Positions 37,201 to 51,735 of a stretch of DNA of 64,000 nt are shown piece after piece; position 1 is the first letter of the stretch, and every line of letters begins with the position of its first letter. The notes beneath the pieces were generated by a model. The model saw only the letters and a list, made by a program, of their open reading frames with translations. It was not told the DNA's origin and searched no databases. The position numbers and the translations under genes were made by a program. The DNA lies in assembly GCF_009914755.1 (NCBI RefSeq), contig NC_060941.1; one strand, written 5' to 3'. This stretch comes from the human T2T-CHM13v2.0 reference genome, Homo sapiens.

Positions 37201-40200
37201 TTCAGGTTTGAAACGGTCTTTCTGTAGAAACTGCAAGTAGATATTTGGACCTCTCTGAGGATTTCGTTGGAAACGGGATAACCCGCACAGAACTAAAACA
37301 GAAGCATTCTCAGAACCCTCTTCGTGATGTTTGCATTCAACTCACAGTGCTGAACCTTTCTTTGATAGTTCAGCTTTGAAACACTCTTTTTGTAGAAACT
37401 GCAAGTGGATATTTGGTCCTCTCTGAGGATTTCGTTGGAAACGGGATAAACTGCACAGAACTAAACAGAAGCATTCTCAGAACCTTCTTCGTGATGTCTG
37501 CATTCAACTCACAGTGTGGAACCTTTCTTTGATAGTTCAGGTTTGAAACACTCTTTTTGTAGAAACTGCAAGGGGATAATTGCACTCTTTGAGGAGTACC
37601 GTAGTAAAGGAAATAACTTCCTATAAAAAGAAGACAGAAGCTTTCTCAGAAAATTCTTTGGGATGATTGAGTTGAACTCACAGAGCTGAGCATTCCTTGC
37701 GATGTAGCAGTTTAGAAACACACTTTCTGCAGAATCTGCAAGTGCATATTTGGACCTCTGTGAGGAATTCGTTGGAAACGGGATAATTTCAGCTGACTAA
37801 ACAGAAGCAGTCTCAGAATCTTCTTTGTGATGTTTGCATTCAAATCCCCGAGTTGAACTTTCCTTTCAAAGTTCACGTTTGAAACACTCTTTTTGCAGGA
37901 TCTACAAGTGGATATTTGGACCACTCTGTGTCCTTCGTTCGAAACGGGTATATCTTCACATGACATCTAGACAGAAGCATCCTCAGAAGCTTCTCTGTGA
38001 TGACTGCATTCAACTCACGGAGTTGAACACTCCTTTTGAGAGCGCAGTTTTGAAACTCTCTTTCTGTGGCATCTGCAAGGGGACATGTAGACCTCTTTGA
38101 AGATTTCGTTGGAAACGGAATCATCTTCACATAAAAACTATACAGATGCATTCTCAGGAACTTTTTGGTGATGTTTGTATTCAACTCCCAGAGTTGAACT
38201 TTCCTTTGGAAAGAGCAGCTATGAAACACTCTTTTTCTAGAATCTGCAAGTGGACGTTTGGAGGGCTTTGTGGTTTGTGGTGGAAAAGGAAATATCTTCA
38301 CCTAAATACTAGATAGAAGCATTCTCAGAAACTGCTTTGTGATGATTGCATTCACCTCACAGAGTTGAACATTCCTATTGATAGAGCAGTTTGGAAACAC
38401 TCTTGTTGTGGAATGTGCAAGTGGAGATTTGGAGCGCTTTGAGGCCTATGGTAGTAAAGGGAATAGCTTCATAGAAAAACTAGACAGAAGCATTCTCAGA
38501 AAATACTTTGTGATGATTGAGTTTAACTCACAGAGCTGAACATTCCTTTGGATGGAGCAGGTTTGAGACACACCTTTTGTAGAATCTACAAGTGGATATT
38601 TGGACCTCTCTGAGGATTTCGTTGGAAACGGGATAACTGCACCTAACTAAACGGAAGCATTCTCAGAAACTTCTTGGTGATGTTTGCATTCAAATCCCAG
38701 AGTTGAACCTTCCTTTGATAGTTCAGGTTTGAAACACTCTTTTTGTAGGATCTGCAAGTGGATATTTGGACCACTCTGTGGCCTTCGTTCGAAACGGGTA
38801 TATCTTCGCATAAAATCTAGACAGAAGCCTTCTCAGAAACTTCTCTGTGATGATTGCATTCAACTCACAGAGTTGAACCCTCCTATGGATAGAGCAGTGT
38901 TGAAACTCTCTTTTTGTGGAATCTGCAAGTGGATATGTGGACCTCTCCGAAGATGTCTTTGGAAACGGGAATATCTTCACATAAAAACTAAACAGAAGCA
39001 TTCTCAGAAACTTCTCTGTGATGTTTGTGTTCAACTCCCAGAGTTTCACATTGCTTTTCATAGAGTAGTTCTGAAACATGCTTTTCGTAGTGTCTACAAG
39101 TGGACATTTGGAGCGCTTTCAGGCCTGTGGTGGAAAACGAATTATGGTCACATAAAAACTGGAGAGAAGCATTGTCAGAAACTTCTTTGTGATGATTGCA
39201 TTCAACTCACAGAGTTGAAGGTTCCTTTTCAAAGAGCAGTTTCCAATCACTCTTTGTGTGGAATCTGCAAGTGGATATTTGGACCTATTTTGAAGATTTC
39301 GTTGGAAACGGGAGAATCTTCACAGGAAAGCTAAACAGAAGCATTCTCAGAAACTTCTTTGTGATGCTTGCATTCAACTCACAGAGTTGAACTTTCCTTT
39401 CGAGAGAGAAGCTTTGAAACACTCTTTTTCCAGAATCTGCAAGTGGACATTTGGAGGGCTTTGAGGCCTGTGGTGGAAAAGGAATTATCTTCCCGTAAAA
39501 GCTAGATAGAAGCATTCTCAGAAACTACTTTGTGATGATTGCATTCAAGTCACAGAGTTGAACATTCCCTTTGACAGAGCAGTTTGGAAACTCTCTTTGT
39601 GTAGAATCTGCAAGTGGAGATATGGACCGCTTTGAGGCCTATGGTAGTAAAGGAAATAGCTTCATATAAAAGCTAGACAGTAGCATTCACAGAAAACTCT
39701 TGGTGACGACTGAGTTTAACTCACAGAGCTGAACATTCCTTTGGATGGAGCAGTTTCGAAACACACTATTTGTAGAATGTGCAAGTGGATATTTAGGCCT
39801 CTCTGAGGATTTCGTTGGAAACGGGATAAACCGCACAGAACTAAACAGAAGCATTCTCAGAACCTTCTTCGTGATGTTTGCATTCAACTCACAGTGTTGA
39901 ACCTTTCTTTGATAGTTCAGGTTTGAAACGGTCTTTCTGTAGAAACTGCAAGTAGATATTTGGACCGCTCTGAGGATTTCGTTGGAAACGGGATAACCCG
40001 CACAGAACTAAAACAGAAGCATTCTCAGAACCCTCTTCGTGATGTTTGCATTCAACTCACAGTGCTGAACCTTTCTTTGATAGTTCAGCTTTGAAACACT
40101 CTTTTTGTAGAAACTGCAAGTGGATATTTGGTCCTCTCTGAGGATTTCGTTGGAAACGGGATAAACTGCACAGAACTAAACAGAAGCATTCTCAGAACCT

Positions 40201-43200
40201 TCTTCGTGATGTCTGCATTCAACTCACAGTGTGGAACCTTTCTTTGATAGTTCAGGTTTGAAACACTCTTTTTGTAGAAACTGCAAGGGGATAATTGCAC
40301 TCTTTGAGGAGTACCGTAGTAAAGGAAATAACTTCCTATAAAAAGAAGACAGAAGCTTTCTCAGAAAATTCTTTGGGATGATTGAGTTGAACTCACAGAG
40401 CTGAGCATTCCTTGCGATGTAGCAGTTTAGAAACACACTTTCTGCAGAATCTGCAAGTGCATATTTGGACCTCTGTGAGGAATTCGTTGGAAACGGGATA
40501 ATTTCAGCTGACTAAACAGAAGCAGTCTCAGAATCTTCTTTGTGATGTTTGCATTCAAATCCCCGAGTTGAACTTTCCTTTCAAAGTTCACGTTTGAAAC
40601 ACTCTTTTTGCAGGATCTACAAGTGGATATTTGGACCACTCTGTGTCCTTCGTTCGAAACGGGTATATCTTCACATGACATCTAGACAGAAGCATCCTCA
40701 GAAGCTTCTCTGTGATGACTGCATTCAACTCACGGAGTTGAACACTCCTTTTGAGAGCGCAGTTTTGAAACTCTCTTTCTGTGGCATCTGCAAGGGGACA
40801 TGTAGACCTCTTTGAAGATTTCGTTGGAAACGGAATCATCTTCACATAAAAACTATACAGATGCATTCTCAGGAACTTTTTGGTGATGTTTGTATTCAAC
40901 TCCCAGAGTTGAACTTTCCTTTGGAAAGAGCAGCTATGAAACACTGTTTTTCTAGAATCTGCAAGTGGACGTTTGGAGGGCTTTGTGGTTTGTGGTGGAA
41001 AAGGAAATATCTTCACCTAAATACTAGATAGAAGCATTCTCAGAAACTGCTTTGTGATGATTGCATTCACCTCACAGAGTTGAACATTCCTATTGATAGA
41101 GCAGTTTGGAAACACTCTTGTTGTGGAATGTGCAAGTGGAGATTTGGAGCGCTTTGAGGCCTATGGTAGTAAAGGGAATAGCTTCATAGAAAAACTAGAC
41201 AGAAGCATTCTCAGAAAATACTTTGTGATGATTGAGTTTAACTCACAGAGCTGAACATTCCTTTTGATGGAGCAGGTTTGAGACACACCTTTTGTAGAAT
41301 CTACAAGTGGATATTTGGACCTCTCTGAGGATTTCGTTGGAAACGGGATAACTGCACCTAACTAAACGGAAGCATTCTCAGAAACTTCTTGGTGATGTTT
41401 GCATTCAAATCCCAGAGTTGAACCTTCCTTTGATAGTTCAGGTTTGAAACACTCTTTTTGTAGGATCTGCAAGTGGATATTTGGACCACTCTGTGGCCTT
41501 CGTTCGAAACGGGTATATCTTCGCATAAAATCTAGACAGAAGCCTTCTCAGAAACTTCTCTGTGATGATTGCATTCAACTCACAGAGTTGAACCCTCCTA
41601 TGGATAGAGCAGTGTTGAAACTCTCTTTTTGTGGAATCTGCAAGTGGATATGTGGACCTCTCCGAAGATGTCTTTGGAAACGGGAATATCTTCACATAAA
41701 AACTAAACAGAAGCATTCTCAGAAACTTCTCTGTGATGTTTGTGTTCAACTCCCAGAGTTTCACATTGCTTTTCATAGAGTAGTTCTGAAACATGCTTTT
41801 CGTAGTGTCTACAAGTGGACATTTGGAGCGCTTTCAGGCCTGTGGTGGAAAACGAATTATGGTCACATAAAAACTGGAGAGAAGCATTGTCAGAAACTTC
41901 TTTGTGATGATTGCATTCAACTCACAGAGTTGAAGGTTCCTTTTCAAAGAGCAGTTTCCAATCACTCTTTCTGTGGAATCTGCAAGTGGATATTTGGACC
42001 TATTTTGAAGATTTCGTTGGAAACGGGAGAATCTTCACAGGAAAGCTAAACAGAAGCATTCTCAGAAACTTCTTTGTGATGCTTGCATTCAACTCACAGA
42101 GTTGAACTTTCCTTTCGAGAGAGAAGCTTTGAAACACTCTTTTTCCAGAATCTGCAAGTGGACATTTGGAGGGCTTTGAGGCCTGTGGTGGAAAAGGAAT
42201 TATCTTCCCGTAAAAGCTAGATAGAAGCATTCTCAGAAACTACTTTGTGATGATTGCATTCAAGTCACAGAGTTGAACATTCCCTTTGACAGAGCAGTTT
42301 GGAAACTCTCTTTGTGTAGAATCTGCAAGTGGAGATATGGACCGCTTTGAGGCCTATGGTAGTAAAGGAAATAGCTTCATATAAAAGCTAGACAGTAGCA
42401 TTCACAGAAAACTCTTGGTGACGACTGAGTTTAACTCACAGAGCTGAACATTCCTTTGGATGGAGCAGTTTCGAAACACACTATTTGTAGAATGTGCAAG
42501 TGGATATTTAGGCCTCTCTGAGGATTTCGTTGGAAACGGGATAAACCGCACAGAACTAAACAGAAGCATTCTCAGAACCTTCTTCGTGATGTTTGCATTC
42601 AACTCACAGTGTTGAACCTTTCTTTGATAGTTCAGGTTTGAAACGGTCTTTCTGTAGAAACTGCAAGTAGATATTTGGACCTCTCTGAGGATTTCGTTGG
42701 AAACGGGATAACCCGCACAGAACTAAAACAGAAGCATTCTCAGAACCCTCTTCGTGATGTTTGCATTCAACTCACAGTGCTGAACCTTTCTTTGATAGTT
42801 CAGCTTTGAAACACTCTTTTTGTGGAAACTGCAAGTGGATATTTGGTCCTCTCTGAGGATTTCGTTGGAAACGGGATAAACTGCACAGAACTAAACAGAA
42901 GCATTCTCAGAACCTTCTTCGTGATGTCTGCATTCAACTCACAGTGTGGAACCTTTCTTTGATAGTTCAGGTTTGAAACACTCTTTTTGTAGAAACTGCA
43001 AGGGGATAATTGCACTCTTTGAGGAGTACCGTAGTAAAGGAAATAACTTCCTATAAAAAGAAGACAGAAGCTTTCTCAGAAAATTCTTTGGGATGATTGA
43101 GTTGAACTCACAGAGCTGAGCATTCCTTGCGATGTAGCAGTTTAGAAACACACTTTCTGCAGAATCTGCAAGTGCATATTTGGACCTCTGTGAGGAATTC

Positions 43201-46200
43201 GTTGGAAACGGGATAATTTCAGCTGACTAAACAGAAGCAGTCTCAGAATCTTCTTTGTGATGTTTGCATTCAAATCCCCGAGTTGAACTTTCCTTTCAAA
43301 GTTCACGTTTGAAACACTCTTTTTGCAGGATCTACAAGTGGATATTTGGACCACTCTGTGTCCTTCGTTCGAAACGGGTATATCTTCACATGACATCTAG
43401 ACAGAAGCATCCTCAGAAGCTTCTCTGTGATGACTGCATTCAACTCACGGAGTTGAACACTCCTTTTGAGAGCGCAGTTTTGAAACTCTCTTTCTGTGGC
43501 ATCTGCAAGGGGACATGTAGACCTCTTTGAAGATTTCGTTGGAAACGGAATCATCTTCACATAAAAACTATACAGATGCATTCTCAGGAACTTTTTGGTG
43601 ATGTTTGTATTCAACTCCCAGAGTTGAACTTTCCTTTGGAAAGAGCAGCTATGAAACACTGTTTTTCTAGAATCTGCAAGTGGACGTTTGGAGGGCTTTG
43701 TGGTTTGTGGTGGAAAAGGAAATATCTTCACCTAAATACTAGATAGAAGCATTCTCAGAAACTGCTTTGTGATGATTGCATTCACCTCACAGAGTTGAAC
43801 ATTCCTATTGATAGAGCAGTTTGGAAACACTCTTGTTGTGGAATGTGCAAGTGGAGATTTGGAGCGCTTTGAGGCCTATGGTAGTAAAGGGAATAGCTTC
43901 ATAGAAAAACTAGACAGAAGCATTCTCAGAAAATACTTTGTGATGATTGAGTTTAACTCACAGAGCTGAACATTCCTTTGGATGGAGCAGGTTTGAGACA
44001 CACCTTTTGTAGAATCTACAAGTGGATATTTGGACCTCTCTGAGGATTTCGTTGGAAACGGGATAACTGCACCTAACTAAACGGAAGCATTCTCAGAAAC
44101 TTCTTGGTGATGTTTGCATTCAAATCCCAGAGTTGAACCTTCCTTTGATAGTTCAGGTTTGAAACACTCTTTTTGTAGGATCTGCAAGTGGATATTTGGA
44201 CCACTCTGTGGCCTTCGTTCGAAACGGGTATATCTTCGCATAAAATCTAGACAGAAGCCTTCTCAGAAACTTCTCTGTGATGATTGCATTCAACTCACAG
44301 AGTTGAACCCTCCTATGGATAGAGCAGTGTTGAAACTCTCTTTTTGTGGAATCTGCAAGTGGATATGTGGACCTCTCCGAAGATGTCTTTGGAAACGGGA
44401 ATATCTTCACATAAAAACTAAACAGAAGCATTCTCAGAAACTTCTCTGTGATGTTTGTGTTCAACTCCCAGAGTTTCACATTGCTTTTCATAGAGTAGTT
44501 CTGAAACATGCTTTTCGTAGTGTCTACAAGTGGACATTTGGAGCGCTTTCAGGCCTGTGGTGGAAAACGAATTATGGTCACATAAAAACTGGAGAGAAGC
44601 ATTGTCAGAAACTTCTTTGTGATGATTGCATTCAACTCACAGAGTTGAAGGTTCCTTTTCAAAGAGCAGTTTCCAATCACTCTTTCTGTGGAATCTGCAA
44701 GTGGATATTTGGACCTATTTTGAAGATTTCGTTGGAAACGGGAGAATCTTCACAGGAAAGCTAAACAGAAGCATTCTCAGAAACTTCTTTGTGATGCTTG
44801 CATTCAACTCACAGAGTTGAACTTTCCTTTCGAGAGAGAAGCTTTGAAACACTCTTTTTCCAGAATCTGCAAGTGGACATTTGGAGGGCTTTGAGGCCTG
44901 TGGTGGAAAAGGAATTATCTTCCCGTAAAAGCTAGATAGAAGCATTCTCAGAAACTACTTTGTGATGATTGCATTCAAGTCACAGAGTTGAACATTCCCT
45001 TTGACAGAGCAGTTTGGAAACTCTCTTTGTGTAGAATCTGCAAGTGGAGATATGGACCGCTTTGAGGCCTATGGTAGTAAAGGAAATAGCTTCATATAAA
45101 AGCTAGACAGTAGCATTCACAGAAAACTCTTGGTGACGACTGAGTTTAACTCACAGAGCTGAACATTCCTTTGGATGGAGCAGTTTCGAAACACACTATT
45201 TGTAGAATGTGCAAGTGGATATTTGGGCCTCTCTGAGGATTTCGTTGGAAACGTGATAAACCGCACAGAACTAAACAGAAGCATTCTCAGAACCTTCTTC
45301 GTGATGTTTGCATTCAACTCACAGTGTTGAACCTTTCTTTGATAGTTCAGGTTTGAAACGGTCTTTCTGTAGAAACTGCAAGTAGATATTTGGACCTCTC
45401 TGAGGATTTCGTTGGAAACGGGATAACCCGCACAGAACTAAAACAGAAGCATTCTCAGAACCCTCTTCGTGATGTTTGCATTCAACTCACAGTGCTGAAC
45501 CTTTCTTTGATAGTTCAGCTTTGAAACACTCTTTTTGTAGAAACTGCAAGTGGATATTTGGTCCTCTCTGAGCATTTCGTTGGAAACGGGATAAACTGCA
45601 CAGAACTAAACAGAAGCATTCTCAGAACCTTCTTCGTGATGTCTGCATTCAACTCACAGTGTGGAACCTTTCTTTGATAGTTCAGGTTTGAAACACTCTT
45701 TTTGTAGAAACTGCAAGGGGATAATTGCACTCTTTGAGGAGTACCGTAGTAAAGGAAATAACTTCCTATAAAAAGAAGACAGAAGCTTTCTCAGAAAATT
45801 CTTTGGGATGATTGAGTTGAACTCACAGAGCTGAGCATTCCTTGCGATGTAGCAGTTTAGAAACACACTTTCTGCAGAATCTGCAAGTGCATATTTGGAC
45901 CTCTGTGAGGAATTCGTTGGAAACGGGATAATTTCAGCTGACTAAACAGAAGCAGTCTCAGAATCTTCTTTGTGATGTTTGCATTCAAATCCCCGAGTTG
46001 AACTTTCCTTTCAAAGTTCACGTTTGAAACACTCTTTTTGCAGGATCTACAAGTGGATATTTGGACCACTCTGTGTCCTTCGTTCGAAACGGGTATATCT
46101 TCACATGACATCTAGACAGAAGCATCCTCAGAAGCTTCTCTGTGATGACTGCATTCAACTCACGGAGTTGAACACTCCTTTTGAGAGCGCAGTTTTGAAA

Positions 46201-47828
46201 CTCTCTTTCTGTGGCATCTGCAAGGGGACATGTAGACCTCTTTGAAGATTTCGTTGGAAACGGAATCATCTTCACATAAAAACTATACAGATGCATTCTC
46301 AGGAACTTTTTGGTGATGTTTGTATTCAACTCCCAGAGTTGAACTTTCCTTTGGAAAGAGCAGCTATGAAACACTGTTTTTCTAGAATCTGCAAGTGGAC
46401 GTTTGGAGGGCTTTGTGGTTTGTGGTGGAAAAGGAAATATCTTCACCTAAATACTAGATAGAAGCATTCTCAGAAACTGCTTTGTGATGATTGCATTCAC
46501 CTCACAGAGTTGAACATTCCTATTGATAGAGCAGTTTGGAAACACTCTTGTTGTGGAATGTGCAAGTGGAGATTTGGAGCGCTTTGAGGCCTATGGTAGT
46601 AAAGGGAATAGCTTCATAGAAAAACTAGACAGAAGCATTCTCAGAAAATACTTTGTGATGATTGAGTTTAACTCACAGAGCTGAACATTCCTTTGGATGG
46701 AGCAGGTTTGAGACACACCTTTTGTAGAATCTACAAGTGGATATTTGGACCTCTCTGAGGATTTCGTTGGAAACGGGATAACTGCACCTAACTAAACGGA
46801 AGCATTCTCAGAAACTTCTTGGTGATGTTTGCATTCAAATCCCAGAGTTGAACCTTCCTTTGATAGTTCAGGTTTGAAACACTCTTTTTGTAGGATCTGC
46901 AAGTGGATATTTGGACCACTCTGTGGCCTTCGTTCGAAACGGGTACATCTTCGCATAAAATCTAGACAGAAGCCTTCTCAGAAACTTCTCTGTGATGATT
47001 GCATTCAACTCACAGAGTTGAACCCTCCTATGGATAGAGCAGTGTTGAAACTCTCTTTTTGTGGAATCTGCAAGTGGATATGTGGACCTCTCCGAAGATG
47101 TCTTTGGAAACGGGAATATCTTCACATAAAAACTTAACAGAAGCATTCTCAGAAACTTCTCTGTGATGTTTGTGTTCAACTCCCAGAGTTTCACATTGCT
47201 TTTCATAGAGTAGTTCTGAAACATGCTTTTCGTAGTGTCTACAAGTGGACATTTGGAGCGCTTTCAGGCCTGTGGTGGAAAACGAATTATGGTCACATAA
47301 AAACTGGAGAGAAGCATTGTCAGAAACTTCTTTGTGATGATTGCATTCAACTCACAGAGTTGAAGGTTCCTTTTCAAAGAGCAGTTTCCAATCACTCTTT
47401 CTGTGGAATCTGCAAGTGGATATTTGGACCTATTTTGAAGATTTCGTTGGAAACGGGAGAATCTTCACAGGAAAGCTAAACAGAAGCATTCTCAGAAACT
47501 TCTTTGTGATGCTTGCATTCAACTCACAGAGTTGAACTTTCCTTTCGAGAGAGAAGCTTTGAAACACTCTTTTTCCAGAATCTGCAAGTGGACATTTGGA
47601 GGGCTTTGAGGCCTGTGGTGGAAAAGGAATTATCTTCCCGTAAAAGCTAGATAGAAGCATTCTCAGAAACTACTTTGTGATGATTGCATTCAAGTCACAG
47701 AGTTGAACATTCCCTTTGACAGAGCAGTTTGGAAACTCTCTTTGTGTAGAATCTGCAAGTGGAGATATGGACCGCTTTGAGGCCTATGGTAGTAAAGGAA
47801 ATAGCTTCATATAAAAGCTAGACAGTAG
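34254..47828 (+). repeat. Block of five consecutive canonical 16-mer units
   Basis: Marker at 34257, 36972, 39687, 42402, 45117 and 47832 (2715 spacing). Confidence 0.96.
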
Positions 47829-50376
47829 CATTCACAGAAAACTCTTGGTGACGACTGAGTTTAACTCACAGAGCTGAACATTCCTTTGGATGGAGCAGTT
47901 TCGAAACACACTATTTGTAGAATGTGCAAGTGGATATTTAGGCCTCTCTGAGGATTTCGTTGGAAACGGGATAAACCGCACAGAACTAAACAGAAGCATT
48001 CTCAGAACCTTCTTCGTGATGTTTGCATTCAACTCACAGTGTTGAACCTTTCTTTGATAGTTCAGGTTTGAAACGGTCTTTCTGTAGAAACTGCAAGTAG
48101 ATATTTGGACCTCTCTGAGGATTTCGTTGGAAACGGGATAACCCGCACAGAACTAAAACAGAAGCATTCTCAGAACCCTCTTCGTGATGTTTGCATTCAA
48201 CTCACAGTGCTGAACCTTTCTTTGATAGTTCAGCTTTGAAACACTCTTTTTGTAGAAACTGCAAGGGGATAATTGCACTCTTTGAGGAGTACCGTAGTAA
48301 AGGAAATAACTTCCTATAAAAAGAAGACAGAAGCTTTCTCAGAAAATTCTTTGGGATGATTGAGTTGAACTCACAGAGCTGAGCATTCCTTGCGATGTAG
48401 CAGTTTAGAAACACACTTTCTGCAGAATCTGCAAGTGCATATTTGGACCTCTGTGAGGAATTCGTTGGAAACGGGATAATTTCAGCTGACTAAACAGAAG
48501 CAGTCTCAGAATCTTCTTTGTGATGTTTGCATTCAAATCCCCGAGTTGAACTTTCCTTTCAAAGTTCACGTTTGAAACACTCTTTTTGCAGGATCTACAA
48601 GTGGATATTTGGACCACTCTGTGTCCTTCGTTCGAAACGGGTATATCTTCACATGACATCTAGACAGAAGCATCCTCAGAAGCTTCTCTGTGATGACTGC
48701 ATTCAACTCACGGAGTTGAACACTCCTTTTGAGAGCGCAGTTTTGAAACTCTCTTTCTGTGGCATCTGCAAGGGGACATGTAGACCTCTTTGAAGATTTC
48801 GTTGGAAACGGAATCATCTTCACATAAAAACTATACAGATGCATTCTCAGGAACTTTTTGGTGATGTTTGTATTCAACTCCCAGAGTTGAACTTTCCTTT
48901 GGAAAGAGCAGCTATGAAACACTGTTTTTCTAGAATCTGCAAGTGGAGGTTTGGAGGGCTTTGTGGTTTGTGGTGGAAAAGGAAATATCTTCACCTAAAT
49001 ACTAGATAGAAGCATTCTCAGAAACTGCTTTGTGATGATTGCATTCACCTCACAGAGTTGAACATTCCTATTGATAGAGCAGTTTGGAAACACTCTTGTT
49101 GTGGAATGTGCAAGTGGAGATTTGGAGCGCTTTGAGGCCTATGGTAGTAAAGGGAATAGCTTCATAGAAAAACTAGACAGAAGCATTCTCAGAAAATACT
49201 TTGTGATGATTGAGTTTAACTCACAGAGCTGAACATTCCTTTGGATGGAGCAGGTTTGAGACACACCTTTTGTAGAATCTACAAGTGGATATTTGGACCT
49301 CTCTGAGGATTTCGTTGGAAACGGGATAACTGCACCTAACTAAACGGAAGCATTCTCAGAAACTTCTTGGTGATGTTTGCATTCAAATCCCAGAGTTGAA
49401 CCTTCCTTTGATAGTTCAGGTTTGAAACACTCTTTTTGTAGGATCTGCAAGTGGATATTTGGACCACTCTGTGGCCTTCGTTCGAAACGGGTATATCTTC
49501 GCATAAAATCTAGACAGAAGCCTTCTCAGAAACTTCTCTGTGATGATTGCATTCAACTCACAGAGTTGAACCCTCCTATGGATAGAGCAGTGTTGAAACT
49601 CTCTTTTTGTGGAATCTGCAAGTGGATATGTGGACCTCTCCGAAGATGTCTTTGGAAACGGGAATATCTTCACATAAAAACTAAACAGAAGCATTCTCAG
49701 AAACTTCTCTGTGATGTTTGTGTTCAACTCCCAGAGTTTCACATTGCTTTTCATAGAGTAGTTCTGAAACATGCTTTTCGTAGTGTCTACAAGTGGACAT
49801 TTGGAGCGCTTTCAGGCCTGTGGTGGAAAACGAATTATGGTCACATAAAAACTGGAGAGAAGCATTGTCAGAAACTTCTTTGTGATGATTGCATTCAACT
49901 CACAGAGTTGAAGGTTCCTTTTCAAAGAGCAGTTTCCAATCACTCTTTCTGTGGAATCTGCAAGTGGATATTTGGACCTATTTTGAAGATTTCGTTGGAA
50001 ACGGGAGAATCTTCACAGGAAAGCTAAACAGAAGCATTCTCAGAAACTTCTTTGTGATGCTTGCATTCAACTCACAGAGTTGAACTTTCCTTTCGAGAGA
50101 GAAGCTTTGAAACACTCTTTTTCCAGAATCTGCAAGTGGACATTTGGAGGGCTTTGAGGCCTGTGGTGGAAAAGGAATTATCTTCCCGTAAAAGCTAGAT
50201 AGAAGCATTCTCAGAAACTACTTTGTGATGATTGCATTCAAGTCACAGAGTTGAACATTCCCTTTGACAGAGCAGTTTGGAAACTCTCTTTGTGTAGAAT
50301 CTGCAAGTGGAGATATGGACCGCTTTGAGGCCTATGGTAGTAAAGGAAATAGCTTCATATAAAAGCTAGACAGTAG
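47829..50376 (+). repeat. 15-mer HOR variant #1 (2548 bp; 167 bp deleted within the monomer triplication)
   Basis: Spacing 47832->50380 = 2548. Hybrid ...gttcagctttgaaacactctttttgtagaaactgcaaggggataatt with junction tract 48235-48265. Confidence 0.96.
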
Positions 50377-51735
50377 CATTCACAGAAAACTCTTGGTGAC
50401 GACTGAGTTTAACTCACAGAGCTGAACATTCCTTTGGATGGAGCAGTTTCGAAACACACTATTTGTAGAATGTGCAAGTGGATATTTAGGCCTCTCTGAG
50501 GATTTCGTTGGAAACGGGATAAACCGCACAGAACTAAACAGAAGCATTCTCAGAACCTTCTTCGTGATGTTTGCATTCAACTCACAGTGTTGAACCTTTC
50601 TTTGATAGTTCAGGTTTGAAACGGTCTTTCTGTAGAAACTGCAAGTAGATATTTGGACCTCTCTGAGGATTTCGTTGGAAACGGGATAACTGCACCTAAC
50701 TAAACGGAAGCATTCTCAGAAACTTCTTGGTGATGTTTGCATTCAAATCCCAGAGTTGAACCTTCCTTTGATAGTTCAGGTTTGAAACACTCTTTTTGTA
50801 GGATCTGCAAGTGGATATTTGGACCACTCTGTGGCCTTCGTTCGAAACGGGTATATCTTCGCATAAAATCTAGACAGAAGCCTTCTCAGAAACTTCTCTG
50901 GATGATTGCATTCAACTCACAGAGTTGAACCCTCCTATGGATAGAGCAGTGTTGAAACTCTCTTTTTGTGGAATCTGCAAGTGGATATGTGGACCTCTCC
51001 GAAGATGTCTTTGGAAACGGGAATATCTTCACATAAAAACTAAACAGAAGCATTCTCAGAAACTTCTCTGTGATGTTTGTGTTCAACTCCCAGAGTTTCA
51101 CATTGCTTTTCATAGAGTAGTTCTGAAACATGCTTTTCGTAGTGTCTACAAGTGGACATTTGGAGCGCTTTCAGGCCTGTGGTGGAAAACGAATTATGGT
51201 CACATAAAAACTGGAGAGAAGCATTGTCAGAAACTTCTTTGTGATGATTGCATTCAACTCACAGAGTTGAAGGTTCCTTTTCAAAGAGCAGTTTCCAATC
51301 ACTCTTTCTGTGGAATCTGCAAGTGGATATTTGGACCTATTTTGAAGATTTCGTTGGAAACGGGAGAATCTTCACAGGAAAGCTAAACAGAAGCATTCTC
51401 AGAAACTTCTTTGTGATGCTTGCATTCAACTCACAGAGTTGAACTTTCCTTTCGAGAGAGAAGCTTTGAAACACTCTTTTTCCAGAATCTGCAAGTGGAC
51501 ATTTGGAGGGCTTTGAGGCCTGTGGTGGAAAAGGAATTATCTTCCCGTAAAAGCTAGATAGAAGCATTCTCAGAAACTACTTTGTGATGATTGCATTCAA
51601 GTCACAGAGTTGAACATTCCCTTTGACAGAGCAGTTTGGAAACTCTCTTTGTGTAGAATCTGCAAGTGGAGATATGGACCGCTTTGAGGCCTATGGTAGT
51701 AAAGGAAATAGCTTCATATAAAAGCTAGACAGTAG
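50377..51735 (+). repeat. 8-mer HOR structural variant #4 (1359 bp, includes a 1-bp deletion near 50900)
   Basis: Spacing 50380->51739; junction at 50648-50690; cttctctggatgatt instead of cttctctgtgatgatt. Confidence 0.95.
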
